Source of the DNA: Octopus bimaculoides | Lineage: Eukaryota | Length of the DNA stretch: 64,000 nucleotides | Assembly: GCF_001194135.2 (NCBI RefSeq) | Contig: NC_068983.1 | Location: 10,972,342 to 11,036,341 of the forward strand | Reading direction: 5' to 3' | Shown here: positions 48,701 through 62,622 of the stretch, in pieces | How positions within the stretch are numbered: position 1 is the stretch's first letter | Layout: every line of letters begins with the position of its first letter | The notes under the pieces: generated by a model | What the model saw: only the letters and a program-made list of their open reading frames with translations | What the model was told of the DNA's origin: nothing | Database searches by the model: none | Position numbers and translations under genes: made by a program

Positions 48701-50007
48701 CATACAGTGTAAGAACATACGCATGTACATACTTCATTGCATTGACAATAAACTCATTAAAATTTGTTAACAAGAATGAGGTAAACATTTAAACTCTGTG
48801 AGTTTGTGTGTTATAAACCTGATAACTAAACATTTGTAAACACCAACACCAATTTGAGATTATAGAGCAAGAAACTCACTGGCGGGAATCGAAGAGTGTA
48901 TATCTTATCATTTACACGAGTGCAGCTTGATAATACAGCCGGTCCCCTCTATCATATAAATGTCTGCGTGATGCTTTGTATGCAACAATTCTTTTCTTTT
49001 TTTAAATAAGTCATCTAGTAATAAGTGAGTTTCTTACTCAGACACAGGGGTTTTCCATGACTTATACACGCACAGTTGTATATAAACACAACACACGAAA
49101 AAGGTTGTTCCATTTGCCTTCGGGCCCCGCAAGCAAGTAGTGAGTGCTTCGTGCAGTATTTCCAAATAGCTAAGTCTACTATTATCACCACTACTAAACA
49201 TAATAAATAGATCCCCTTTCGTGGGTGTCAGCGATGTTTTAGCCGGTCGTGAATTGAACTGAATATTTATCATGTAGGTGGCTGAGTATTCCAGAAACAC
49301 GTTCACCTTTAACGTAAATTCTCTGCAGAAACAGTGTGTGACAAGCCAGGCATTTTAAATTACATGTACATTCATTCCATCTGACGGCTACCGTACGGTG
49401 TCCGTCTACTTAAATTGCGCTCACAAGGTTTGAATCAAGCCGACACTTTGGTAAGAGATGCGGAATCGAACCCACTAGTGATTGCAGACTTGAACTAATC
49501 GGTCATATCTGAATTCACTATATTTACATCAATGATCAACCACCACCAGCTTAAAATAAAATAAAATAAAATAAAACACTGGCAACTTTTCCCATTGTGA
49601 CGCAGATAGATATATATTAATCATGTTTACAAATGACTAACAATTAGTTGGATTTTTTAAACTTAGCGGGTTCGAGTGGAGTGGTGGCGGGGGGAGCCCT
49701 TGGAACCACACATGAAAGTCTGTGGAGAACAGACATCTTCGTTTATTTCAAAACGTGTTTCTCTATCCCTTACCCTTCTGAAAATCATTTAATTTTCCTT
49801 TTATAACTTGGCTGCTATTTTCCTCCCTTATTATCAACCTGTTCTCTCTTTTTTTTCTGTCTCTCTCTCCTTATTTTTCTTATTTATTTATTACCGATGT
49901 GTGTTTCCTTTCGTTCGTTTGCGTCATTTTTTTCTTCTCGCGCGATATTCTCATTAATTTTGTTGTTTTTATTTTCAGTTTTTTCTCTCTCTCATGCTTT
50001 TCTTTCG

Positions 50008-50041
<34 letters not shown>

Positions 50042-51317
50042 CATATATATTTTCATTTTATTTTTATTTTTTTATTACTTTATTATCATCATCATCGCAG
50101 AACAGGTTACAGGTTATTGCACTAGTGACTGAGCAATTGTTTGTACTTTCCAGCTCGTCCATTTGTCTTTCTTCCTCCCCCCCCCCTTTCTTTTTACTCC
50201 GTCTATCAGTTTGTCCATCTCTATCCTTCTCTCTGTCTAGCTGCTTGCCTGTCCGCATGTCTGCCCGTGTCTGTCTGTCTCAGATACTTCGTCTACCCCC
50301 ACCTTCTGCTCTATGCTAATCACTGTTGCTATCATTGGGGTTATGACTCAGACTCTCTTCTTCCATCCCTCCCTCCCTCTTCAATACTTTTCTTTCTTTT
50401 TTCTCTCTCAGACTTATATAACTTTTGTTGCCCTACTTCTATCTCCTTTCTGTTCTTGTCTTTTATATCTATTTATTGCTTGGATTGTAAACTTACATAG
50501 TCGCAAACACACACACGATACTAAACGAACTTTTATACGCAGTAAATTAAGCGCTAGCACACAGTATCTTACACACGTTAAATTCTCTTGTACACACCCA
50601 CATTCATCATTATACATACTTTCAAAGCAACACAAACTTTTTCACTTACACACACACACACACACACACACACACCATCAATTACTTTCACACTCACCCA
50701 GTCTTACACATGCACAATTACAAATACAGACACGCATACACTTACTTGTATACAATGTATCTCTGCTTTCACTTGTACACATGCATGTACGCCAAAGACG
50801 CTGGATACCAAAATCTGTCTGCAGATGTTACCACCGTCTGCTGCAGTTCATAAGCAGAAGTTTATGCATTCTCTACAACCACTAACACCAATCATCATCC
50901 ACTCACTCCATCCCTAGTTTACAGCTGTCTTAGGTTATTGCAGACGAAGGCAATAATAAACTTCAGACTGTATGCGTTGTTTCTCCACCCTTTCTACGAC
51001 CTGGTCATCTAGAACTGTGTTAACCACATTATAGGATGTAGATACAAACTAATACGTTTACGGGCATTACTGTTGATGTTGTTACTGTTCTCAGTTTAAT
51101 CTGTACAATTAGCGAACTCGGGTAACAAGTAAAATACAAGCAAGTCAGTTTGAACTTCAAATTTTAACGAACAAGTGTGTCGTATTTATTTCGTAAGGTA
51201 GTTGGAATGGCTCAGATGGTTAAGAGTGCTTGCTAGACAATTTAGCGAAGTATCGTCTCACTCAAAGCCTATGGATTCCAAATTGTGTTTACCACTAGGG
51301 TAAACTGTACTTTTTAA

Positions 51318-51680
51318 TTCTGTGTGGTAAGTAGCTTGCGCACCAACCACATGGTTCCGGGTTCAGTCCCACTGCGTGGCACCTTGGGCAAGTGTCTTCT
51401 ACTATAGCCTCGGGCCGACCAAAACCCTGTGAGTGGATTTGGTAGACGGAAACTGAAAGAAGCCCGTGGTATATATGTGTATTTGTGTGTGTGTTTGTTT
51501 GTCCCCCCAACATCGCTTGACAACCAATGTTGGTTCCCGTAACTTAGCGGTTCGGCAAAAGAGACCGATAGAATAAGTACTAGGCTTACAAAGAATAAGT
51601 CCTGGGGTCGATATGCTCGACTAAAGGCGGTGTTCCAGCATGGCCGCAGTCAAATGACTGAAACAAGTAAAAGAGTAAAC
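51318..51680 (+). mobile_element. SINE family A, young near full-length copy
   Basis: ctgtgtggtaagtagcttgcgcaccaaccacatggttccgggttcagtcccactgcg...gtcaaatgactgaaacaagtaaaagag; CpGs intact. Confidence 0.92.
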
Positions 51681-52228
51681 GAGAGTAAAGAGATCGATTC
51701 ATTCCAACCACTACATCCCACGCGTCCATATCTCTATAAAAATGGTCTTCTGCTAAGATGAGTTTTAGCTCTTCGTGAGCTTCTTGTCACTTACTCGACC
51801 TGCTAGAAATAATTTACTTAAATTGCACCTGCTATCTCAAAAATAGAAAAAGACAGCAACTTTGTATGCCTTATTTTACTACTGCAGTCATAAATGTAAT
51901 AGTTTAATTTCTGTTAAAAGACAATGGGATGGTCGTAGGTTTTCTCGATCAGGGCTGACCTGACGCATAACAATATCTCTTTCCTTCATCTTACTGAGTT
52001 TACGAAAGCTTTAAAACTTGGTGCTCCTAAAACTGGGAGTACCAAATCTTAAAACAAGGTTTAGTAGCTTTAAAATTCAGCAAGCTGGTTGGGAGGGTTT
52101 ATTATTTAGCGCCAGTCCTAATTGAATAAACACGATCGTATATATCCCAGTTGTAATCTCCCCGTATTTTTTTCTTTTAATGATCGAAGGAGCCTTAACG
52201 TAGTTACATTAAACCCGTTAGAAATAAC

Positions 52229-52829
52229 GGATCTATTTCAAAACGGGGGCACCAGTATTTTCTTAACGAAACACTTTGAAACTTGGGACACTGGTAGAAT
52301 GTGTCATATAAAACATCTTTTACTCTTAGTCTTCTTAACAAAGGAACGTACATCGCAAGTTATTCCATGTTAAAGTTGTCGTATTTCTGTAATTTCAACC
52401 AATCACTGACGTCTATTCAGCCAATAGAGTTACTGCTGGGCGGTCATAAAAATGTTATTCCCTGTGACATATTTCATCCGGTTTAATCGTAATTTATACG
52501 CATATATTGTTTATATAATAAATTACGCTGTGCGTATCTATGTGTGTAACAATTTTAGAGTTCGGATTCTAGAGTTAGGGTTAGGGTTAGAGGATTAATA
52601 CGATATACACCGTTACAGCGCTAACTGTTTTCAACTGAATAGACGTCAGTGATTAGTAGAAATTATCGAAATAAGACAATTTTTTACATGAAATAAATTC
52701 GAATACAAAATTTTTTTTCCGTTCTATAACACAAAATAGATAAGTATACGAAGTTTGAAAGTCTTTCGGTACCAAAAACACTACATAAAACATAAATGAA
52801 AACTGGTGCCCCCGTTTTGAAATAGATCC
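52229..52829. mobile_element. Complete Merlin-like MITE (601 bp)
   Basis: TIR ggatctatttcaaaacgggggcaccagt; 8-bp TSD gaaataac at 52221-28 and 52830-37; internal inverted aatcactgacgtctattca; TTAGGG tract near 52575. GG termini with an 8-bp TSD fit Merlin better than hAT or P. Confidence 0.85.
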
Positions 52830-53696
52830 GAAATAACAGCCAAATATCCCTCGAATCACCCTTAAAAGGAGGCATTCGATAATGAAGTGCCCGGTGTACT
52901 ATATTAGGGTAAAGAAAAAACGATGTGGTCAGGCCTGGGTTGAGGTTAAGCAAATAATATAGCAAACTACTAATTACTGAGCCTTGAATTCATATCCACT
53001 TATTCCTTTTGTTGGAATGAGACAATTTGGCGTAGCTGTTTGGACGCAAAGGATTTGGCACGGCCAACCAGTTTGGACGACGCTAATTTTTAACATTAGC
53101 CAAACTCGCACATACGCAGAAATATATACGTACATTTTAAAGTGAGATAGACAAGACAATTGATTGAACGCAGTTGACATGAACACTCTTTGTCCTAATA
53201 TACAGAAAAGAAATATGCTCACACTTAACCAGAGAGATGGGATGGGGAACGAGAGAAACAATAAAACATTTGATGTCAAATAAAGTCGGCGTCACATCAG
53301 TGACGCCAGTTTAAGAGGCACCAAAATGGCTGTGCCAACGTGTCCATATCCACCTTTCGTTGTGTCTCACTCTCATTAGACAGGACACTTTTATATTGTT
53401 TCAATCCACTTTGTAGTGGTCGTTGTTTTTTGGTAGTTTTGGAGTATACGTGATCAAAAGCTTCCAATTTCGACCAATTTGTCTCTTTAAAAAAAAAAAA
53501 AGAAAAGAAAACATCGTGTATATAGGATTCTATATTAACCTCTGTGTGTGTGTTTTGAATTAGTGTGCTATCATGAATAGATCAAGCGACCTAGATACTA
53601 TCTCCGAGTGTTGAAAATAGGTGCCAGATTGTCAAGGATTTAACAACCACTTTGAACTGAGACTGGTATCTGGCAAAATGGCGGATTCATAATTTA

Positions 53697-54125
53697 GGAT
53701 CTTTTTGATTTGGCGGACACCATTTTTTTATTTAGTATGTTTTCTACCGAAACACTTTAAAACTTCGTATACTTGTATATTTTGTCTTATAGAACAGAGA
53801 AAATTTGTTATATTCGAAGTTATTTCATGTTAAAAGTTGTCGTATTTCGGTAATTTCAACCAATCACTGACGTCTATTGAGGTGAAAACAATTACTGCTG
53901 TGGTTTGTCAACAACACGTTGTGGCGGTGTAATGGGATCTTTTCCCTTGAATAAAATTACTGCCGTTGTTTGTCAACAACTATTGGCGGTACTGTTATTT
54001 ATGACATCGTTCGTGCGTTTGTACTGGTTTTAGCTTTAGGGGGTTAGGGGTTATGAGTATTTTTGCCAAATTTGGTGAAAATCTCTACAATACACCGCCA
54101 CAAATTTTTCACCAAATTTGGCATC
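53697..54125. mobile_element. Related GG-terminated MITE fragment with an 18-bp hairpin at 54064-54123
   Basis: ggatct start; shares aaacttcgtatactt, gttgtcgtatttc.gtaatttcaaccaatcactgacgtctatt and a degenerate ttaggg tract with 52229-52829. Confidence 0.65.
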
Positions 54126-55254
54126 TCGTAGTTATGGTTGTGGTTATGGCATCTCGTAGCTGATTTTACATGGGTTATTTCTGCTTATGTCCTTAAAAAA
54201 TATATGAACCGCTCAACTTTTATTATTCTTCCTTCCAAAAATCGATACGACTGAAGAATACCTCTAATCACATAGAAATTAAACAATTAACTATTTGTTT
54301 TATTAGTACAGGGGATGAATACTTAGCAGTCTCTTTAAAACTATCCACGATATGGCAAAGTATGAATCGGTGTTTGAAAAATGAGTATGACAGAAACAAG
54401 AAACGAAATTGTGTTTTGCGAGATGCATTGACGGGATTGTTCATTTAGCCCCAGGTCAGCACTTATTGAGCAGAGCTATGATTAAAGACGTTACAGACAT
54501 GATCATCCCCTTTCTGTAATCCAGAACTACCTTATCCTCAATAAATGTCTCTTCTTTTTAAAATAGTAGGATGTCAATTGATTTGGCTGCTATTTCTACA
54601 GGTCGAGAAACCACATAGAACCCTCTCCCTTTTTTTTTTTTTCTCTCACTGTGTTCGCATGTGTTCATGTCATGAGCTGTTCCCATTTGTCTAAAATGAG
54701 TACTTAAATTGGTATAAGAATAATTTTCTTTGTTGAAGTTACAAGTAGTAACAGATGCTTAATGCGCAGGATCAACCACTGACAACAATGCTTCTAAGAA
54801 GAACGACGAGGAGAAATGATAAGAACAAAACAGCAAATCTCTGGGTTTAATATTTGAAGAGTTGTTCTTCAATGCCGTCGTACTCAAGCACCTTACTCAT
54901 TGTGAGACTCCCAACAGAGACGGGGCATTCCAGTGTGGTTTAGCCATTTCCTGGCAGATTTGTCTTTCACTTCATAGCTGACAAAGACCAAATTTTCTTT
55001 TCCCCCCCCCCTTTTCCATCCACTTCTCCCTTTCTCTTTGTCTCTCTTCCTTCATTTTCGCATATTTTTGTTGGGAAAAGTGTTTTCAAGTGCCTGGAAT
55101 GCAGTGCGTTATGTTGTTGTCTCTAACATATCACTTCCTGTAACTCCTCGGTGTCACACTCTTCACACAGATTATCCCTGTTTTGATTAAGTGTGGGAAA
55201 TTGCGCGTGGTTTTTATTTTTACTTCAGTGTGCATGTCTCAATCGTCTGCTTGT

Positions 55255-55490
55255 GTGTGATTGTATATTATGTACGTCAGTGTGTGTGTGTGTGTGTGTG
55301 CGATTGTATATTATGTGCGTAAGTGAGTGTGTGTGTGATTGTGTATATTACGTGCGTAAGTGTGTATGTGTGTGATTGTATATTATGTGCGTAAGTGTGT
55401 ATGTGTGTGATTGTATATTATGTGCGTAAGTATGTGTGTGTGTGCGATTGTATGTTATATGCGTAAGTGTGTATGTGTGTGATTGTGTGT
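55255..55490. repeat. ~32-34-bp GT-rich minisatellite
   Basis: tgtgtgattgtatattatgtgcgtaagtg repeated about 6 times. Confidence 0.85.
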
Positions 55491-56514
55491 CTGGTTCTGT
55501 ATGCATGTAATGTGGGCATAGCTGTTAGTGCGTGCATGATAGTATGTATGTGTATGTCTGTAATTATGCGTGAATGCTGTTTTCTTTTTGTCCGTATGTA
55601 TAATACATTTATTTGCACTATGTTTAAACTGACTCATAAATGATGGAATATATTTAGTTAGAAATATAAAAGTTTCTCTGTGTACGTATGAATATGTGGT
55701 TATGTGTGAGTGTGTATTTTTATATACACATACACGCACACACCAAAAAACAATGTCGATACTTTTTTTATTTATTGTTGTGCAGTCATTTTCGCTTTTT
55801 CTCTAAATAGAATTTTGCTTATAAGAGAAAACAAACTTTTTTTTCTGTTTCTCTCTCATTATTTAACTTCAAGATAATACTATGGAGAGGGTGACGAGTC
55901 TCTTAATCCACTGAATCATAAGGGGCAACACTGGAGACTTCATCTTCGTGTGTTCTAAGCCTGCCTGTTGATTGAACCAATACCGTCCCCCACTAAACAA
56001 TACCCAGTGGAAAGAATTGAACTTGTCACTGCAAGATTATAAAACATTTTACTATTTTAAGTGCTTCTACTTGCTGTTGTATGATCTTTTTCCTTGGACT
56101 ATTAATTTGCTGTTATGTGAATTTGAGTGTTTAAGAATCTGTATTAAAAGTGAACTTTGTATCGTGTGTGTGTGAGGTTGGGTATTACATGGCGATAGAC
56201 ATTCATTGCAGACAGTGTCCCTGAGTAATTAATGTCAGTGATTCTTCATCTTCTATCCTTTCTTGTATCAGTCATTGGGCAGCAGCCATACTGGGGTACT
56301 ACCTTAGGAGAGTCGAGTTGAACAAACCAACCCTAATATTTATTTTTGAAGTGTAGTACTTATTTTATTGGCATCTTTTGTTGTATCAGGGGATGTAAAT
56401 AGACAAACACTAGTTGTCAAGCAGCAGTGGGGAACACACACACACACACACATATGCACATGTGTGTGTGTACATGTGTAAATATATGTACATGGTGAAC
56501 TTTCACACAGTTTC

Positions 56515-56725
56515 TTATTTATTTACTGCCCACAAGGGGCTACACACAGAGGGGACAGACAAAGGGATTAAGTCGATTATATCGACTCCAGTGCATAACT
56601 GGTACTTATTTAATCGACCCCGAAAGGATGAAAGGCAAAGTCGACCTTGGCGGAAATTGAACTCAGAACGTAGCGGCAGACGAATTACCTCTGAGCATTT
56701 CGCCCGGTGTGCTAACGTTTCCACA
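56515..56725 (-). mobile_element. SINE family C, variant tail (same as 7285-7685)
   Basis: cacaaggggctacacacagaggggacagacaaagggattaagtcgattatatcgac...gaaaggatgaaaggcaaagtcgacc. Confidence 0.88.
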
Positions 56726-57344
56726 CAGTTTCTGCCTACGAAATTCACTCTCATGGCATTGGTTGCCCTTGGGCTACAGTACAAGTCACTTGTCCAATGT
56801 GCCAAAATACAACTCTCCATTGATTCAGTTTGCTGAGGTGAGGATGCTGCTGCGACTGCTGCTGCTCCTGATAATCATAATAATCATCTTTTGTTTTTTT
56901 CTGTTTTTTGTTTTTTTCTGTACAAGAATTTGTTTGATGAGATTGTCATTTAGTAAATCAGCAAAACAGGAGCATATGATTTGATTCTATCTGATTTTGT
57001 TTATGTAGCTTATCTTCAGATCTGAATTTCTTTATTTTGTATAGTCTAGAGGGAAAGCAATGCCCATAAATATTTCCAAGACCTCTGAAGAAAGATGGGA
57101 AAGAAGAAGGTTTTCTCAAATTGAAGACCTCACCCCAAATGCTTGCAGCCAATTGGACACAAGGGTTGCTACTTTTTCATCAATCCTGAAAAAAATGAAA
57201 GTTAACATTGACCTCCACAGAATTTGAACTCAAAGCACTCTACTTATGATCAAAAGTATAATTATAGGCATGACTATCCCATCCATTCATGGGATGGGTC
57301 TAGGTTCATATTACCAAATGTATTTTTTTTTTTTTATTATAAGA

Positions 57345-57730
57345 AAGTTGAGTATAGATGTGGCCATGTGATAAGAAGTATGCTTCCCAATCACATGGTT
57401 CCAAGTTCAATCCCACTGTGTGGCACCTTGGGCAAATGTGTTCTGCTATAGCTGTGGGCCAATCAAAGCCTTGTGAGTAGATTTCATAGGTGGAAACTGA
57501 AAGAAGCCCATCATGTACATGTGTGTGTGTATTTCTTTGTGTTTGTTCCCTACCACCATTTGGCAGTTGGTGTAAATTTGTTTACATCCTTATAACTTAG
57601 CAGTTGGCATTAAAGAATGACAATAAGTACCAGGCTTAAAAAAATAAGAACTGGGGTCAATTTGTTTGATGAAAAGCCTTCAAGGCAGTGCCCCAGCATG
57701 ACCTCAGTCCATTGACTGAAACAAATAAAA
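57345..57730 (+). mobile_element. SINE family A copy (CpG-decayed)
   Basis: gtggccatgtgataagaagtatgcttcccaatcacatggttccaagttcaatcccactg...gactgaaacaaataaaaga. Confidence 0.8.
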
Positions 57731-57888
57731 GATAATTTGAGAGACATGTAATAGCTATTTCTAGCTGGTCAAGTGATCATTTGAAAGCGCCCTCATTCAT
57801 TCATTGTCATATAGAATAGACAGCCAGCATTCTAACTGCAGCAACAGTTTATACAGCCGTTTCAAATTAAATAGCCTTCCAGTTTCTA

Positions 57889-58036
57889 GTCTCATAAAAC
57901 GCCAAAGTTATTGGGAAACTACAGAAGGCTCAATTTCTGGTCTCATAAACCGTCAAAGTTATTGGGATACTACAGAAGGCTTGATTCCTGGTCTCATAAA
58001 CCGCCAAAGTTATTAGGATACTACAGAATGCTCAAT
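57889..58036 (+). repeat. 51-bp minisatellite, about 2.9 copies
   Basis: gtctcataaaccgccaaagttattgggatactacagaaggctcaatttctg starts at 57889, 57940 and 57991. Confidence 0.92.
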
Positions 58037-60291
58037 CATTTATGACTTGCCTTCGTCAGACATCCTCTTGTAAGAATCTGGGCGCACTGACAATATATGT
58101 GTCGATAATAACATATCTTTTATCTTTTACTTGTTTCAGTCACTGGACTGCAGACATGCTGGGGTACCAGCCTTGAAAGGTTGAGATGAACAAATCAACC
58201 CTAGTACTTATTTTTCTTTAAGTCTAGTACTTATTCTATTAGTCTCCTTGCTGAACCACTAAGTTATGGGGATGTAAACAGACCAACACCAGTTGTGAAA
58301 CAGTAGTGGGGAGGGAGAAACAAACATAACATTATCTCAAAGACACACTCATATTTACTTATACAGCTGGTTTCTTCAAGGTTTCTGTCTACCATGTTCA
58401 TTCACAAGACATTAGATGGTCCAGAGTTATAGTAGAAGATACTTGCCCAATGTGTCATGCATCGAGACTGAACCTGACACCATGTGGTTCCAAAGCAAGC
58501 TTCTTAACCACACAACCATCCCTGCAACTATACACAGTTGTAGTGTTACTTTCCTCCCAGTCTTACTTATTTTCATTCAGTCAGATTGGGCCATTGAGAG
58601 TGGTGAGTTTGGCATCAATGCAATGCACAGCCATTGACAAGTGACTAAGTGAAGGCTCTTCAATTGGTAGCTTGACATAATGACAACTACGTGAGATGTG
58701 ATTTTGATGCTCAGTGTGACAAACAGATGTAAAAATATTAAGGATGGGTGTTGAGAAATAAATTCGACTAAAGGAATTTTGTTATATAAGATTACAAAAT
58801 AATTAAGATTATTTGCTTGGCAGGAAGCACATCAGAAATATTTTCAGAGGAAGTGATAAAATAGGACAGCTAATGTGGTGGAGCTGGTCTGCCTGAAGTG
58901 GCTGACACCTCTCACTTGCAATGTCATCATCATATTTTGGCATTAAAATAAAAACTGTTTTTAACTCTGCAATATTCCAGCTACAGTGAAGAGAATTTGA
59001 CATGTTAATGCTAAGAATGTGATGCAAGTGAATCTAAGACACAGTCTTTCATATGTCAGTGCTAATAATAAATAGTAATGTGTGAATGTGTAAACGGAAA
59101 ACTTAGTCTAAATAGAGAACTTATGTTGACTAGCAAAGAGGAGTAACCACCACCATCAGTCACAAACCACCAATCTGTATGTAAGTATAGATTGTGGTTA
59201 AAAAAGGGGTTTTTTTTTAGGGCTTTTTTCTTTTTAATCCTGAGTGAAAGTTTCAAATTCACATTGTCCTCTTCCATTTCTTAATTTACTAGCATAGAAC
59301 AAATGGTAAATTCTTTGAATTCTGAGATCATAAGGTTTTAATCTCTAGTTGAAGACAATTCATTTCACTTCACACCACCCACTAGTGTATTTGAGAAAGG
59401 CATGAACACCACACTCTCTGTTTATTTTAACCTAAGATATAGGGTCTTGCATGTAATGAAGTATATTGATTGATAGTTGTATAGAGAGAAAAGCTTGGGG
59501 GTTTTAGGAGAGAGAAGTTACAAGGAGCAACATTAAGGTCTTAGAATACTTTTAGCCTAAAGTGTAAGAAAATCATTACAAAACTCATAATATAAGATTA
59601 GTTCATGTGTTCTCAGGAGAGATGAGGTTGGACATTATGGTCAGCATCCTTCTTTGAAGAAATGAGATGTCTGTGAACACACATTTTATTTTTTCAAAGT
59701 GCCCTGACTGGAAATGTCAGAACTCACCTCTTGCCTATATTACATGCACTTTTTCTTTCTTGAATATGTATAACTTTTGTTCTAGATCTTTCTTTTATTT
59801 TTCTCTCCTCTTTCTCTGAAATTGTATTATTTGTTCCAAACTCTGACCATTACTACCTTCCTTAGACTTTTTTTTTGTTCTTAATGAAATGTTTTACACC
59901 TAGTGAATTTAAAACCGTCCCTATTATACTTTACTTCATATTAAATGCTCCTGCAGACAATAATGAAACACAAATGTAATCAATACAAATTATATGATAA
60001 AAAATTTTCAATTTTTTGTTCTCTTTCTTGAATTAGATATTTTGGTTCAGTATCATAAATCTTAATGACTCCATAACAAACAGTTGACAGAAACTTTGCT
60101 TATAGAATTAGTATTTATGTACTGTACCTTGGAGCAATTCAGTCTGATGAAGCCTCCCCACCTCTCTCATTATTACTATTAATGTTTTCAAATTTTTGGC
60201 TGAAGGCAAGCAATTCCAGGGGAAAGGGTAAGTTGATTACATCAAGCTCAGCGAAGCTTGTCTGGTGTACTAATGATTCTGCCAGCTTACT

Positions 60292-60329
<38 letters not shown>

Positions 60330-60576
60330 TAGGTTCAAAACTGATCTGCTTGTATAATTTTGTAGTGTTATTAATAATAATGCAAAGTTATATGCTTAGA
60401 TACGTTTTGAACCCAATGCTACAGAATATTGGAATATTTGAGGAATAAGCTACACATTTGTATAGTTATACTTCAATGGACCAAGATGGTATGGGTTAAG
60501 TGAGAGATGATGTTGATTCAAGTGCATCAAATGGCATTCTTACCAGTGACTAATACTGACATTATTCAATCCATTG

Positions 60577-60628
<52 letters not shown>

Positions 60629-62109
60629 GCAGCCAAATCTCCTGAATAATAACACTTTACTGCCCTAAAAAACCCCCCAAAAAAACTGAAGTATTGAATT
60701 GGATAATGTAGTCTTCGATACTCGTAATATGACTGGGTGATCACAATTGGGAATATTTTTGATCATTGATTTGCTTCATCAGGTTTGACTTAATGTTAAA
60801 GACCAACCAACAACTGTCATTGCTATGAGTATAGAATTGACAACCATAGTAATGTGCTTTTAGCTGCAATCTTTCTCTTTAACCATTTTCTGTTTTTATT
60901 TCTCTATCATTACCATGACTGGTCTTCACCATTCTCTGTTACTTTCTGTTTTTGTTTTGAGGCCACCAGACTTATTTATGATCAAAAGCTTTCAATAATA
61001 CCCAGGATCGTATTTCCACTGGGGCAAGATGAGTCTTTATTTATCTTTAAATTTTTGGCTGACAATATTATCCAATGTGTCTTTTCTTTTTTTATTTATT
61101 TATTCATTTATTTATAGTCTGCATGAAGTGATTTGAGAGAGATTTTGTTAGTATTTCTAGCAGGGCGAGAGACTCCATAAATGACTAGCTCAAACATTTG
61201 GATTTGATTGATTTGTGTGAAAGACAGAAATATACACAGGTGTAGCTGTGTGGTGAAGAAGTTTGTATCCCAACCATTTGGTTTTAGGTTCAGTCTCATT
61301 GCATGATACCTTGGGAAAGTGTCTTCTGCTATAGCTCCAGCCCAACCAAAGTCATGTGTATGGATTTAGTTGACAAAAACTGAAAGATGCCTGTCATAAA
61401 TAATGATGTCTGTGTGTCCCCTTGTCTTGACATCACATAACAGTTGTCATACAAGCAGTGTCATTCATTTCCAATCTACTGCAAAAAATGTATGACCATG
61501 AGGAAATATTACCTTGATTGGAAACAGGTGAGGGTTTGTAACAGGAAGGGCATCTGGCTATAGAAAATCTACCTCAATAAACTCTGTCTGACCCATGCAA
61601 GCATAGAAAAGTGGATGTTAAAACAATGATGTTCTATGTTGAGAGGACATCTTATTTTACTGTCATGTGAGTTTAATGCTCTCACACATATTTTTCATTA
61701 TCTATAAAAGTGAACAGATTTTCTACCAGTTTCAACAATCAGTGCTACAGTTGCTCAATCCACCACCTTCTCACCTGACTGGTTATCATAAGGCTAACCC
61801 TTTATATTACATGTGTAGTCCATCGGATGGTCTTGCAAATTGCCCAATTTGATTCACAAAACTTGGATTGCTTCAGAACTATAGTTGATGATGTTTGCCC
61901 AAGTTGCTGCACTGTACACTCGAACCAAAGATCTGTGATTAGAAAATGAAATTCTTATCTGTTTGGCAGCTAATTCTGAATCCCTTTTAGACACAAAAAT
62001 ATGCACATTCAATGAGTAAAAGACACCTGCATATAAATATATTAATGCTTACTTATGTAACATATACATACAACAGTTGTTGTGTGTATCCACATGTACA
62101 TGCACATAT

Positions 62110-62315
62110 TCATACATACATGCAAAAAAGCACCCACTACACTCTCGGAGTGGTTGGCATTAGAAAGGGCATCCAGCTGTAGAAACTCTGCTAGATCAGA
62201 TTGGAACCTGGTGCAGCCATCTGGTTCGCCAGTCCTCAGTCAAATTGTCCAACCCATGCTAGCATGGAAAACGGACGTTAAACGATGGTGATGATGATGC
62301 TGATGATGATGATGC
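62110..62315 (+). mobile_element. SINE family B 3' part
   Basis: ctctcggagtggttggcattagaaagggcatccagctgtagaaactctg...gcatggaaaacggacgttaaacgatggtgatgatg. Confidence 0.88.
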
Positions 62316-62319
62316 ACAC

Positions 62320-62622
62320 ATAAAAAGACCTCCTTCAGTCGTGAATGACCAGGCGATTGCACCTACAAGTCCAGGTAAGATTGATTGTAGAAGACCAGCA
62401 GTCACCCATGCATACCAGTCTCCCCTCTCCACGCCACTGATGTTGTCCAAGGGAAAGGTAAAAGCCGATACAGTTTGTTACCTGTGGCGTTGCAACAGCT
62501 GAATGAACTGGAACAACAAGAAATAAAGTACCTTGCTCAAGAACAAAACAGTCCAGTCTGGTAATCGAACTCACAACCTCACTATTGTAAGCCCAATGCT
62601 CTAACCACTGAGCTATGCACCT
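62320..62622 (-). mobile_element. tRNA-headed SINE family F
   Basis: Reverse complement head aggtgcatagctcagtggttagagcattgggc...gagttcgattacc. A body fragment also lies at about 14285-14350. Confidence 0.75.

Noticed and set aside
58915-59816. Minus-strand exon pair (KEERKIKERSRTKVIHIQERKSACNIGK / SWNIAELKTVFILMPKYDDDIA)
   Set aside because: Phases are compatible but the composition is low-complexity and there is no independent support.
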